A DNA stretch of 63,888 nt, counting the filler, from Stramenopiles sp. TOSAG23-6 (taxonomy: Eukaryota): NCBI GenBank assembly GCA_900128565.1. It is 4 parts of 4 records of this genome, joined end to end, with 100 filler letters (N's around TTAATTAATTAA, not from the genome) between each part and the next. Parts side by side here need not be neighbours in the genome. Positions count along the whole stretch, not along the records: positions 32,108 to 47,968 come from LT636103.1; 3 more parts are not named here. The stretch is one strand, 5' to 3'. A program made the translations under genes and the position numbers. The notes beneath the pieces are model-generated. The model saw only the letters and a list, made by a program, of their open reading frames with translations. It had not been told where the DNA came from and did not search any database. Below, one piece after another: positions 33,795-45,800 of the stretch (position 1 is its first letter; every line of letters starts with the position of its first letter).

Positions 33795-35393
33795 CTAAAA
33801 ACTTTTAAAAGTAGATACATCTGGACGAACACGCCATGCACATTTCTCTCTAAGATACTCAAGAAATGATGCTGATGGCGGTGGACCAGGTTTAAGTGGC
33901 GCTGGATCACCTATAATATCACCTATATAAAATTGTTTTAGGTACTCAAATGGTTCTATTCCTGCATGATATACTTCAAATAATCTAGCTGCGTCACAAC
34001 CGAGTGCTTGTTTAGGTATTATTGTTGCACCACCTGGATGATGTGGTAACCATGTAGTTATATCAAAAATCATACCATCAATAACAACAACACATTTACC
34101 ATTTTGGTTCATATTTTGAACCGTAGTAAATTTTATACCTTTTGTGTGCACTCTTTCTTTAAATGAGCCTAATACACGCTGACATATTTCAATAAGACCT
34201 CTACACTGTAATAAGGTAGCAGCATTGAGTAAACCTGGTGCTTCTGACAAAGAAACACGAAAATTCTCTTCAACTGATCCAGCAGCAGGGACAGGTTGTT
34301 TTAATACTTTAGTTGTAAATTCATTATTAGTCATAGTTGAATTTACAGCTGCAGAACTACCAATACTACCGATAATATGATTTCTACTTTGGAATTCCTG
34401 TTCTAAATACATCAAAACTCTATCCAAAATACAAACATCAACAGGCACAGTAACTACACTAATTTCACTACTACCACTATTACTATCACCACTACTACTA
34501 CTCGCTTTACTTTCAATAGAAACGTCACATTTTTTGTATTTACCCAATCCTTCACATACTGCTGCAGCTAGAGCTATACATGGCCTTATTAATTTCTTCT
34601 TTACAGGCACAAGTTCAGAATAACCATCTTCTTCGGTTGTCATTAAGTTGACCATGTCTCGGCGTACGCGTCTTTTTATTATTGCAGCATCATTTATTGT
34701 AGTAAAATTCAATGTTGCAGTGAGAGCCGTTGGATGCTTCCGAACATAAAATTGAGTAGTCTCACAAATAATTCCACGGTGGGCGTCATCTACGTTTAAA
34801 CTTGTAGACTCCAACTCATTTTCAATGCGTTCTGGGTATCTAAGAAAACTCAAGTCACAAACTATTTCAATACCAGATATAAAAAAGGTCACTAGTTCAT
34901 GACGAGTCACAATATGCCCATTTAGGCGGTCCAGTAATTCTTTAGCAACAACTAAAGAATCAACTGTAATATTCTCAGTTAATTCATATCGTGGACGAAT
35001 ATCGACATTGACAGCCTCTATCTGTTTTTGCTTTGAAACTTGGTCAAAGGAAAGCACAGAAAAAATAAAAGATGCCTCGGTGCAAACCTCTAAATTTTTC
35101 CGGGAAATTTCACTTAGGGCGATACAACCAGTAGGAACAACATTAGTAAAGTTAACCCGAACAAGAAATTGAGGATATGTACGAGCATAAACAAAAGTAG
35201 GAGTGTATTTTGTGTTTGTACAACCGTAGACATTGAGTGGGGAACTAAAAGGCAGATGGCAGAGTTGATGTAGCGACTCCTTCAACCCAGGAATGTCTTC
35301 CAGTTTTACTACACGCAGCTTTGCTTTTGTTCGACCCTTTTCGGCATGCTCTTCATTTTTACGAGCATTACTCCCACTACCTTGCCAAGTCAT
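33795..35393 (-). CDS. Protein with NSF/Cdc48 N-domain-like start, BTB/Skp1-like middle and C-terminal cytochrome b5 domain
   Basis: VVIDGMIFDITTWLPHHPGG.......GCDA..LFE.YH is a clear b5 motif; the other domains are weaker pattern matches. Confidence 0.7.
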   Translation of the reverse strand: MTWQGSGSNARKNEEHAEKGRTKAKLRVVKLEDIPGLKESLHQLCHLPFSSPLNVYGCTNTKYTPTFVYARTYPQFLVRVNFTNVVPTGCIALSEISRKNLEVCTEASFIFSVLSFDQVSKQKQIEAVNVDIRPRYELTENITVDSLVVAKELLDRLNGHIVTRHELVTFFISGIEIVCDLSFLRYPERIENELESTSLNVDDAHRGIICETTQFYVRKHPTALTATLNFTTINDAAIIKRRVRRDMVNLMTTEEDGYSELVPVKKKLIRPCIALAAAVCEGLGKYKKCDVSIESKASSSSGDSNSGSSEISVVTVPVDVCILDRVLMYLEQEFQSRNHIIGSIGSSAAVNSTMTNNEFTTKVLKQPVPAAGSVEENFRVSLSEAPGLLNAATLLQCRGLIEICQRVLGSFKERVHTKGIKFTTVQNMNQNGKCVVVIDGMIFDITTWLPHHPGGATIIPKQALGCDAARLFEVYHAGIEPFEYLKQFYIGDIIGDPAPLKPGPPPSASFLEYLREKCAWRVRPDVSTFKSF

Positions 35394-35687
35394 TGTCTAA
35401 TTTTTCATATGACTAAATGAGTGTAAGGAAGGAGATACTAGATAGAGTAGTGGTCAGATTCCCGACTATTAAATGCTAAAAGGTTTTGTAAAAGCTTTTC
35501 CTACGTAGTTCGGAACTCGAACTCGCGCTGGCTTTTTGATTTCGCGATTTGATTAAATAGAAAAATGAATTTATTTTAAGAAGCACTTAAACTCAATATA
35601 AGTACTAGTAATGATATCAATAATAGTAATGATGAATGGTTTTTTTATTCAAAACAAAAAACAATTTCTTTACAAACAGATGGAATT

Positions 35688-36014
35688 TCACCAGTTAGGG
35701 CGTGGTGCTTTAAGTACAGCTGTTTTTTTGGTTTGTACTTGTTGTTGTAATTCCTTCACTTGTCTTTTTAGTTGATATATTAGCTGCATTAGCCGTTGGT
35801 TTTCTTGTATCAGTTGTTGTTGGTTTAGGGCCACCACAGCACCACCACGAGTTTGTGATCGTGTAATCATCTTCCTTGGTGGAGATTTCTCTACTTTAGT
35901 ATAGTTCTTTTTATTCTTGTTGTAATGAATCAGTTCAGTAGGATCACGCTTACCACCACCACGACCAGTATTTGTACCCTTAGTAGCCATTGCAATTGAC
36001 CACTTGTCAGACAA
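35688..36014 (-). CDS. Small hypothetical protein with coiled-coil end
   Basis: 108-aa ORF with a plausible composition but no recognisable motif. Confidence 0.3.
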   Translation of the reverse strand: MSDKWSIAMATKGTNTGRGGGKRDPTELIHYNKNKKNYTKVEKSPPRKMITRSQTRGGAVVALNQQQLIQENQRLMQLIYQLKRQVKELQQQVQTKKTAVLKAPRPNW

Positions 36015-36298
36015 TCGGTATCTCCAGATCGATCAGCAATCAGCTATCGCTATTACCTTGCCTTGTGCTGCTCGTGCTGAGTCACTGCTGACCACTCGCA
36101 TACTCGCGGGAACAAAATCAAGATTTTCGCGTTTTTGACAAACCTGGTCAATTTTTTTTTATTTTTTTATTATTTTCAGATCAGTTTCAAAAAAATATAA
36201 ATTTCAAATTAAATTTACTTATGAAGGAAGAAAATATTTTATTATTATTGAAAACTTGTAATACCAAACATATTTTTTTACAAGCTCTTGTGATAAAA

Positions 36299-38869
36299 TT
36301 ATAAAGGCATTGCATTACCATAAGTTTTACCTAATATAATTCTGCTACTAACACGTGGAATACTTGCAAAACTTCTCTGAAGTCGTACAGATTCTGACTC
36401 TTCTTCATGATTTAGTTGATTTCTCTTTGTATCATGTTCGAAATTTTCGTGTTGTGTGCGAAAACCATCACTGTAATGACTCTCATCACCGCCTTGTATC
36501 ATTATCATTGCAATATTACGCGCTTGTGTCACTGCATTTGATAAATCACGAAATACGGAACGATTATCACCACCAATACTTTGATTTTGTAATTCATCCA
36601 AAAGTTTTGAATCTTTAAATACTCGATACACATGAGCACAAAGGTTCGACATGATCAACCGAGTATTACATTTTACCATTTTCATAAACATTTCCCTTAA
36701 TACAACAATAGCTTCTAAATCAACATAAGAAATGATTGATGCATCGATAACAATAACCAAACAATTTGGATTTTTAGCTACTCGTATTACAGCATTAGAA
36801 AAAGATTTTGCATTTGCAAAATAAAGATCTGAATTTGGTCGTAACATCCATACACCTTCAGCTTCAAAAACCCAATCATTTACAACCTTTTTCTTTGATA
36901 ATCTATGTTTGTAATTATCATTAACTTCGTTTAGTTCTATTTCCTTGACAATAAGTTTTGATTCTTCTGAGACCTTATTTTGAATATTTTTAGTATGAGA
37001 TTCTTGAGCTTCGCTCATAATACCCCCTACTGGTCTAAAAACAAGTGTACCAGGTACTTGCCCTAGTACACTTATAGTTGCACCAGCTGTTTGTCGCAGC
37101 TGTAATATAATCGATATAATCACACCAATACCAATACCTTCTTGAATACCTAATACAAGAGTTACTAAAAAAGTAGCAGTCATTACAATAAAATCACCTT
37201 TTCTTAATTTCCAAGCCATGACAAAATCATCTATTTTCATAAGATTAATTAATGAAGATTGGATGATTGCCGCAAGGGCACACATTGGTATATACTTAAA
37301 TGCTGCTGATGCCAAACTTAACGCTAAACTGACAACAAGACCACATATACAACAACCAAATAATGATCTGGTACCTGAATCATACGACACAGCAGTTCTT
37401 GAAAATGAAGCTCCGATTGGAAATGCACTAAATATTGAACTAATTAAGTTAGACGAACCCAAAGCAAGTAATTCCTGATTAGGATCAACTTCATATCCAC
37501 CTATATCTGCATACACTTTACCTATAGCAAATATTTCGATAAAACCATACATACCAATAATTATTCCTCCAGGTAACACATCACCCCATGCAACTGAATC
37601 AACACTTGGAATTGATGTTTGAAAACCTTTTGGTACAAATCCTACAATATTGACAAATGGTGATGTTGATGATGAAAATGCAGGATCACGCGATGAATGA
37701 ACATCAATACCTGAAGCATCGAATACTACAGCAATACTTACACCAATTAATGTAACCACCAATGCATTCATATCAGCTAGAATTTTGATTATTTTGATAC
37801 CAATTGTTAATGGTTTTGCATTATCCGGAAGAACTGGACGTTTCATTGATGACGTCACTGGTTGGGGTTTTGGTCTTGGTGGAGTAGGAACATATTTATT
37901 AACATTAGCTATCTCGTTATGGCCATTGTTTGGGGTGGAAGGTTGAACAGATAATTCATTTGGAAGTTCGTTCATACCTACTTCATTTGAATCATTTATA
38001 GATATTCCATTTTCATTTTCCCATTTTAATAATTCAATTTCATAGTTTTTAAACGCTAAAGCAGCATCTCTATGAATAGGCCATTTTTTCTTTTTCCAAT
38101 ACTTCATCACAAATAAAATACACAGTGAAATACTACTGAGTAATACAGTCCAACCACTCGTTTCATGTAAATGACTGATAATATACGCAACAACTTTTAC
38201 ATTGGAAAACGCGCCAAAATAAGGACCAACTTTTTGAATACCAAATATATATTTGAGTTGTGACAAAAATATAATAATGGCCGCAGCACTAGTGAAACCA
38301 CTTAAAACAGAAAATGAAAGAAAATTAGCAATAACCCCGGCACGAGCGAAGCCCATAAGAAGTTGTGTGAGACCTGCAACAAGTGCCATAATAGTTGCTG
38401 TTTTAGCATAAATAGTATGGTCTGTTACTTCTGCTTTCGTGAGAATCCCACCAATAGTTGAATATGTCAATAGGGCAGTCATTGCAGTAGGACCTACACT
38501 CTGAACACGAGATGTACCAAACAATGCATACATGAATAAAGGTACTGACGCAGCCCATAAACCTTCTATAGGATTCATGCCAGCTAGTAGAGCATATGCC
38601 ATCGACTGAGGAACAAGCATGAAGCCTACTGTAAGCCCTCCGACAATGTCACACTTTAAATTTTCCAAAAGGTCAGTTTTATATTCTGGAAACCACACAA
38701 GAGGTGGAAACTTTGACTTCCAAAACTGTGAACAAGAATATGCACCGCAATAGCTTTTGAAATCATCCAGTAAAGCTGAACTTTCTTCTCGTGTCCCTAC
38801 AAAATATTCTTCAGTGTTATCCTTTATTGGTTCAACAATTGTCCTAAGAGGAAGAGTAGCCATTTTCAT
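36299..38869 (-). CDS. SulP/SLC26 anion (sulfate) transporter with STAS domain
   Basis: DIVGGLTVG..LVPQSMAYALLAG, NQELLALG..N, SFSRTAV, LYFANA and VIDAS....D motifs. Confidence 0.95.
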   Translation of the reverse strand: MKMATLPLRTIVEPIKDNTEEYFVGTREESSALLDDFKSYCGAYSCSQFWKSKFPPLVWFPEYKTDLLENLKCDIVGGLTVGFMLVPQSMAYALLAGMNPIEGLWAASVPLFMYALFGTSRVQSVGPTAMTALLTYSTIGGILTKAEVTDHTIYAKTATIMALVAGLTQLLMGFARAGVIANFLSFSVLSGFTSAAAIIIFLSQLKYIFGIQKVGPYFGAFSNVKVVAYIISHLHETSGWTVLLSSISLCILFVMKYWKKKKWPIHRDAALAFKNYEIELLKWENENGISINDSNEVGMNELPNELSVQPSTPNNGHNEIANVNKYVPTPPRPKPQPVTSSMKRPVLPDNAKPLTIGIKIIKILADMNALVVTLIGVSIAVVFDASGIDVHSSRDPAFSSSTSPFVNIVGFVPKGFQTSIPSVDSVAWGDVLPGGIIIGMYGFIEIFAIGKVYADIGGYEVDPNQELLALGSSNLISSIFSAFPIGASFSRTAVSYDSGTRSLFGCCICGLVVSLALSLASAAFKYIPMCALAAIIQSSLINLMKIDDFVMAWKLRKGDFIVMTATFLVTLVLGIQEGIGIGVIISIILQLRQTAGATISVLGQVPGTLVFRPVGGIMSEAQESHTKNIQNKVSEESKLIVKEIELNEVNDNYKHRLSKKKVVNDWVFEAEGVWMLRPNSDLYFANAKSFSNAVIRVAKNPNCLVIVIDASIISYVDLEAIVVLREMFMKMVKCNTRLIMSNLCAHVYRVFKDSKLLDELQNQSIGGDNRSVFRDLSNAVTQARNIAMIMIQGGDESHYSDGFRTQHENFEHDTKRNQLNHEEESESVRLQRSFASIPRVSSRIILGKTYGNAMPL

Positions 38870-39369
38870 TGTTCCAAGGGGTAGAAAATAGTATTATATT
38901 ATTTCCAGCGTCGTCTATTCAGAGAAAATATTCAAGTAAATATAAAAAGTATGACTTCTCTAAGTAACTTCTTCTTGAGTTCAAGCAACAAAGAGAAATA
39001 TTAATACTATTAATATAATAATATTAGAATAATGTCACTTCGGAGCCCTCTAGTCACCACACAAATTTTTGACACCAAATTTGACCAATTTGCTACCCGA
39101 ATCTCGATCGAGCGCAGTCAGCATTCGAAGTATTATACTCGTACTACTCGAGACTGATCTCAAGAGATGATATAATATGTCGTCGTAAGCAAACTTTTGT
39201 CACATTTCTGACAATTCTTAAGCGAGGCACTTCTACTGCTGAATTATATACAATGTGTATAGTCGTACAATGACGGTTATTTGTACAAGGTATCATTGAT
39301 ACATAAGTCCATTTGTTAATACGAGCTGATTTTGTTTCGTAGAAGTTCTACGTTTTCTACGACTGGGAA

Positions 39370-39849
39370 ATGCCTTCAACTGTCGAAAGTGAGGGTGGAT
39401 TGGATGAGCAGATCAAGGATAAAACGATGAGCCCCAATAGTCAAAGAAAAGAAGAATATATGTCGATGAATGAATTCAAAGTTAAGTTGGAGAAATTAGG
39501 AGTAACACCTCGCAACTTACCTTTCGCAGTGGCTGTTCATGAAGGCTTGGGTCTTGGTATTCTCGTTGGCAGCTGGTCACTATGTTACTTCACTGAACCA
39601 ACACGACGTCTCTTCGACATCTCTATACTACAGAATTACAAAAGTGCAAATATGACAAATGCTATCAATAATGCACAAGGAAAACTAGAGAAATGGTCAA
39701 AATATATACCAGTTGCAAAGAATGCAAATAAACCTCGCTTATTGACAAGTCTCGCTGAGTCAATATTTTTTAGAAAAGCTTCGTGGCCAGTCCTAGTTCC
39801 TCTAAAAATATGGCTTTCATACAAAATTGTGCTTTCACTGAGGCAATAG
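39370..39849 (+). CDS. Small hypothetical membrane protein (DUF1279-like pattern)
   Basis: Hydrophobic segment HE..G......W..CY and terminal SLAES...RK...P...PLKIWL. Confidence 0.5.
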   Translation: MPSTVESEGGLDEQIKDKTMSPNSQRKEEYMSMNEFKVKLEKLGVTPRNLPFAVAVHEGLGLGILVGSWSLCYFTEPTRRLFDISILQNYKSANMTNAINNAQGKLEKWSKYIPVAKNANKPRLLTSLAESIFFRKASWPVLVPLKIWLSYKIVLSLRQ

Positions 39850-40079
39850 TGAGTTAAGGTATGTTAGTTTGGTGGTGATGAGATAAAATTTATTATGTGG
39901 CATTTTGAAGAGAATTTTTTCTACTTGGGAACCCGGTACCCATCTTGTAACTGCCATGTTTTACCTCAATTTGTTATTTTTTATGACACTACAATTTTAA
40001 TTAAAAATGGGAATAGATACTCGTATCGGCATATGATAACATACATGATCGGCTTCTGTAATTGATTATTGATTGTAGA

Positions 40080-41354
40080 ATGTCTTCTTCTGATGAAGAG
40101 TTTGATCCTCTAATGGGTACAGATGAAAAATATTGTCAGTTTCTTGTTGGTCGTGTCGATCCCGACCGTGCTAAATTTGACGAAAGTATATTAAGTGAAA
40201 GAGAAAGACAAAGAATCCCTAGATATGCACATTTGCTTAAAAAAGCGGGATTATGTGCCAAACATCTTGTTCATATTCGTCGCTTCAAACCTAGGATTAT
40301 GAAAGCGGTTGAAAGTGATTTTGGTATAGCAGATAAATTAGCAAAAGAATCACGTGCTTTTCGCAATAGTATTGATAAGCAAAATCAATTCGAGAAAGAA
40401 GAAGTACAGCGTCTTTTATCAAATGTAAAAAAGATGCCAATACCTCCTGCACCACCAGGATTAGCACCAGATCCAAAACAAAAACTTAATAGTCAAGGAA
40501 AATGTCCAATGCCAATGCATTTATATTTTAAACAGTGGACTGGTGGTTGGAAGAAAGGTTCGATGCATGGTCCTGGGGAGTATACCTTTGCAGTTGATGG
40601 TTTACAGGCTCGTGGTGAATGGTCAAATAATCGGTTAAATGGACAAGGGAAAACAAAATATCTTGATGGTACTACTTATGAAGGTGAATATAAAGATGGT
40701 CTATTTCATGGCAAAGGTGAAATTAAGTTTGCTTCTGGTGCTATTTATAAAGGTGATTTCAAATATGGTTTACGACATGGAAATGGAGTTCAGACATTTA
40801 AGTCTGGCCAGCACTATGAAGGAGAATTTTATAAGGGTGATATACATGGTCGAGGTATTCTTACATCTTCCACTGGGCATGAATATAGGGGAGAAATGAG
40901 AATGGGACTTATTGAAGGTGTAGGTAGATTACGGTTTGCTTCAGGTCCTTCTGTATTAAAAAACTGGCCCCGTAGTACAATGCGTGAAGCAGTGCTTGGA
41001 GAATATTCGGATCGACGTATTAAAGCATTGACTAACAAGCTTGAATTAGATTATTTATTAAGACACTCACGTCGTATAGAATTAGATGATTATGTTGACG
41101 CAGTACGTGACCATAATGACTTTATGGTACAGGAAGAAAAACGTCTTGAAGTGGAAGAACGAAGAAGACTTGAACTATTAAGAAGAGAAAAGATTAGAGA
41201 TGCTAAAATTGCAGCAATGGAAGCAATGGAAAAGGAACAAGAAAATGAAGCAAATGCTGGAGATGCTGATATTTTAGATGAGTTAGATGAAGAAAGTGAC
41301 ATTTCATTAGACAGTGATTCTGATGATAATGATGAAACTGAAAACAAACAATAA
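40080..41354 (+). CDS. MORN-repeat protein
   Basis: About 6 YxGx(W/F/Y)xxGxxHGxG repeats. Confidence 0.9.
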   Translation: MSSSDEEFDPLMGTDEKYCQFLVGRVDPDRAKFDESILSERERQRIPRYAHLLKKAGLCAKHLVHIRRFKPRIMKAVESDFGIADKLAKESRAFRNSIDKQNQFEKEEVQRLLSNVKKMPIPPAPPGLAPDPKQKLNSQGKCPMPMHLYFKQWTGGWKKGSMHGPGEYTFAVDGLQARGEWSNNRLNGQGKTKYLDGTTYEGEYKDGLFHGKGEIKFASGAIYKGDFKYGLRHGNGVQTFKSGQHYEGEFYKGDIHGRGILTSSTGHEYRGEMRMGLIEGVGRLRFASGPSVLKNWPRSTMREAVLGEYSDRRIKALTNKLELDYLLRHSRRIELDDYVDAVRDHNDFMVQEEKRLEVEERRRLELLRREKIRDAKIAAMEAMEKEQENEANAGDADILDELDEESDISLDSDSDDNDETENKQ

Positions 41355-41439
41355 TACTCATGTAGTCAATATTTAAGAAATAAATAGTCATAGATCAATC
41401 ATTTAATTTCATTCAAAAGGATTTTACCTTGAGTTCTTT

Positions 41440-42621
41440 TTATATATTTTTTTTGTCTGGGCATGGATATCCCATGGTTGTCATTAATTCGCTAAACACT
41501 GAATGAAGTTTATTTGAACAAAGTGCTTGAAGTATTATCCAAGCGGGAGCTGCATGCAAATTAATATATGCGTTGTCAGGATCTTTACTTGATGAGTAGC
41601 AACCCATTACACATGACATTGCTATTCTACACGCAACTAGCGTTGGTAAAACCTTCAATTCACTTTCATTTAGAGAATATTGTTCAAAAAAACCACTTAA
41701 AAATGCCTTCATAGCTTCAATTATTCGTGGAATTTTTGTTTCTGCTGTGAAACCATGACACGAAATATTTTCTGTCACTGTAGTCACTCCAACATATGCT
41801 AATGCTATAGCAAGTTCATTTACAAGCCACGACCAAACACAATCTCCAAAATCAATAATACCACTCACAAAATATTTATTTTGGGATTTTTCTTCTACAT
41901 TTGTCTGTTTTTGTTGAACAATTATATTTGCATCATTCCAATCCCCTTGAAGAATACCCAAACGCAAATCTCCACTCTCCGCTAATGGAATAACTACTTT
42001 ATCAAATTTGTCGAAAACAGATAGTACAAGTTGAAGTCGGTTTTCATCTTTTAGGCAATGACAAAACTTTCTAACTTCTCGAGTCTGTCTTAAATCCCAC
42101 GAATGAACTCGTTTGAATGGATTAATATCCTTTTCACCTAAACGTGAAAACTCGTCTAATCTGTTGCGTAATTTCCCCAAACAGCAACCACTGTCTTTGA
42201 ACAGACTGGGCGAAACAGGAGTTTTACCAAGCTGGGTTCCGCTTAACCACGATAATACACGTATAGAGTGTTTGACTACTATGTTGTTATAAGTCTTTTG
42301 CAAGGTACACTTTGTTTTTCCGTCTACAGATATTATTGGGATAGGCGTAGAAATACCACACCCAGAGATGAACATAAAAAGTCTATCCATAGCATCAAGA
42401 AATTCTGGATCCGCACTCTCCACCCCATTGTGCACTTTAAAAACGTATTCATTTCCTTGCGCTTCTTTTATATAAAAGTTTAGGTCATCGTAAGAATCTA
42501 ACGAGCACACTGAATTTACGTCAAAACCATACAGCGATTTCGCTAGCTTCATCACTTCATCTTTCGATATGTCCTTTGGTTTCTGCAATTTACGTTGCAC
42601 TTCATCATCCATCGCAGACAT
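41440..42621 (-). CDS. HYKK: Hydroxylysine-kinase-like phosphotransferase (APH/kinase-like fold)
   Basis: LDSYDDLNF, YVFKVHN, HSWDL, LQGDWNDANI and GIIDFGD motifs. Confidence 0.8.
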   Translation of the reverse strand: MSAMDDEVQRKLQKPKDISKDEVMKLAKSLYGFDVNSVCSLDSYDDLNFYIKEAQGNEYVFKVHNGVESADPEFLDAMDRLFMFISGCGISTPIPIISVDGKTKCTLQKTYNNIVVKHSIRVLSWLSGTQLGKTPVSPSLFKDSGCCLGKLRNRLDEFSRLGEKDINPFKRVHSWDLRQTREVRKFCHCLKDENRLQLVLSVFDKFDKVVIPLAESGDLRLGILQGDWNDANIIVQQKQTNVEEKSQNKYFVSGIIDFGDCVWSWLVNELAIALAYVGVTTVTENISCHGFTAETKIPRIIEAMKAFLSGFFEQYSLNESELKVLPTLVACRIAMSCVMGCYSSSKDPDNAYINLHAAPAWIILQALCSNKLHSVFSELMTTMGYPCPDKKNI

Positions 42622-42878
42622 TATATTCTTCAAAATTAGAACGACGGAGTTTTTGATTTCACAATTAATATTCACACATTTCTTTGACACATTTCGGATT
42701 CAACAGCGATGGTTGCTAATTTGAAATTGAGAGTCATACACGACGTGCACACACGAAATCAAGACGAAAAACTGACTGATTCTCTTGGCCACGACAAACG
42801 AAGTAGTCAGAACACGCTTGCATGCTTCTCGTAAAGTTGCGCATTGTATTAGAGTAGTCTGAGTAGAGTGCGTGTATT

Positions 42879-45800
42879 ATGACTACTGCTACTCGTGTTT
42901 GGGAGTCAAACGTCATAAATGCCCCAATCAATGTTGTTTGGGAAAATATAAGATCTCTCGACTTCAAGTCAATACTTCCTGGTACTGTTGAGAACTGCAA
43001 GGTTGTCGACGGACCAGCTGATAAGGTCGGTTCTTTGCGCGAGATTACATACCGCAACGGTGCAGTATGGACAGTCAAGCTCATGGAACTTTCAGACGCT
43101 AGCCACCAAGTATCATGGATAATGGTATCTGCGGAGCCGGCAGCGCAATTCTCTTCGCGTTCGGACACACTAAAGTTGAAGCGTGTCACAGAGGACAACA
43201 CTACGTTTGTTGAGTGGTCAACTGACTTCTCATCAGATGCTACAGTTGAGGTTGTTGAGGATAGTCGATTTAAGAAATTGGATGCTCTTACTGAAATGGA
43301 AACAACATGTTCTTCCCGTGCAGATACAGAATATTGGACAGCAAACCGAACTAGGCAAGCTTTTATTGACTTTTTTGTGAAAAAATGTGGGCATAAATTC
43401 TACAAAAGTTCTCCAGTTGTTCCGCATGACGACCCAACTCTTCTCTTTGCTAACGCGGGAATGAACCAATTTAAACCAATCTTTCTTGGCCAAGTTCCAC
43501 CAGGATCTCCATTGGAAGGAATGAAACGCGCTACAAATTCTCAAAAGTGTATTCGTGCTGGTGGTAAACACAATGATCTTGAAGACGTTGGTTTTGACGT
43601 TTATCATCATACGATGTTTGAAATGTTGGGGAACTGGTCGTTCGGTGATTACTTCAAAGAAGAAGCAATTGGATGGGCATGGGAATTACTCACTGATGTC
43701 TATAAATTGCAACCCGATAGGTTGTACGCGTCGTATTTCTCTGGTGATGAAGAAATGGGTCTTGAACCAGATTTAGAATCGAGAGATATTTGGAGAAAAT
43801 ATTTACCAGATTCACAAATTTTACCATTTGACAAGACTGATAATTTTTGGGAAATGGGTGCAACTGGGCCATGTGGACCTTGTACTGAGATTCATTACGA
43901 TCGTATTGGTGGTCGCGATGCTGCTTCATTGGTTAATGCTGATGATCCTGATGTTTTAGAGATCTGGAATAATGTATTTATGCAGTTCAATCGAATGGCT
44001 GACAAAAGTCTTCGACCACTTCCTGCATGTTCAGTAGATACAGGAATGGGATTTGAAAGATTAACATCGGTATTACAAGATAAACGTAGTAATTACGACA
44101 CTGATATATTCGCTCCAATATTTGCTAAAATAAAAGAATTGAGTGGAAAAACTTATCATGGTAGAGTTGGAGATGGTAGTGATGGTTCTGGTGATGGAAA
44201 ACCAGATGAGGGAAATATTGATATGGCATACCGTGTTGTAGCAGATCATATTCGTACACTCACATTTGCGATTACCGATGGTGCTGTTCCATCTTCTAAT
44301 GGTAGAGGATATGTCCTGAGAAGAGTATTAAGAAGAGCTGTACGTTTTGGTACACAATGTCTTGGATGTGAGCCAGGTTTCTTTCGATTATTGGTACCAG
44401 TTGTTGTAGAACATTTTAAAGGATTCTTTCCTGAATTGGAAGCACGTCAAAAGTTTGTGATTGAGATTATTTCACAGGAAGAAGATCAATTTAGTCGTAC
44501 TTTAGCTAAAGGTTTGAAGGAATTCGAAAAACAAGTACAAAAAGTTGGTAAAGATAAAAACTTTCCTGGTGCTACAGCATTTTTGTTATATTCGACGTAT
44601 GGATTTCCTCAAGAATTGACTAAATTGATGTGTGAGGAGAAAGGACTTGTACTTGATAAAGAAGAATATGATGCAGCATTACAAGCTGCAAAACAACAAT
44701 CACGTGATGCTGGAAATAGTATGAGTGGTAGTAACAAAATTGTTTTGGAAGCTGAGCAAGTATGTTATATATTTAACTGTGTTTTTGTGTGTTTGTTTTT
44801 GTGTTTTTTTTAATATTCCTATTTACTCCTTAATGTCATTTGTGTTCGTTTTTATAACTTGAACGTACACAAAGATATTTGCTATACAAACACTGAAAAG
44901 TATTTGTGACAACAAGGAAGATAAACGTTAATTTAACGGCCATCGTGTGTGGAAGAAATTTTGGCAATACACCCAAACATTTCATATGAAACCGAATGTG
45001 CATTTCCCTTATCCTATATTTTTTTGATGAATTTTTTCTATAATTTCATTGAAATTGTTTTCATTTGTAAAAACTTTTGATATATTTTGACTTTACAGGA
45101 TGTCTATTTGAACAATGCTGGTGTTGCTGCAACCAATCAAAGTGATAAATATGTTTGGCATCAAAAACCTGAAGCTGTAGTTAAGGTAAGACATAATCAA
45201 AAAATAATTATATTTCGTGTTCTTTTTTTTTTCTGTGTTTGTGTATACTCTGTTTGATGTATGTTGCTCGTGACTATAACCTTTACTTAGCCGTTTACCC
45301 AACTTAGGGGGCCTCAGAAACCCCATCTATGCTGATAAAGCCTTAAATTAAGCGACATACAAGATATACAAAAAATAATTTGTTACACGTTTTTATACTT
45401 AACAAACAAAAATACTAACATACTTGAAACTCATCTATATTTACATTACAGGCTATCTTCACTGGTGCCCCTGACTATAAGTTTATTGACAAAGTAAGTG
45501 GTGACCAAATGGTCGGCGTCATTCTTGACAAAACTTCGTTTTATGCTACATCGGGTGGACAGGTATGTGACGTTGGTTCTTTTTTGAATGAAAACGATGA
45601 GGCTTTATTTTCTGTTGGCAATGTGCAAGAGAATGGTTCTTTTATTGTTCACATTGGAAAATGTGCTTCCGGAAGTACTTTAAAAGTCGGTGACATCATA
45701 CGTTGTGATGTGGATTACGATAAACGTCAACTTATTGCAGCTAATCATACAATGACTCATGTATTGAATTATGCATTACGTAAAGTTTTGGGCACAGAAG

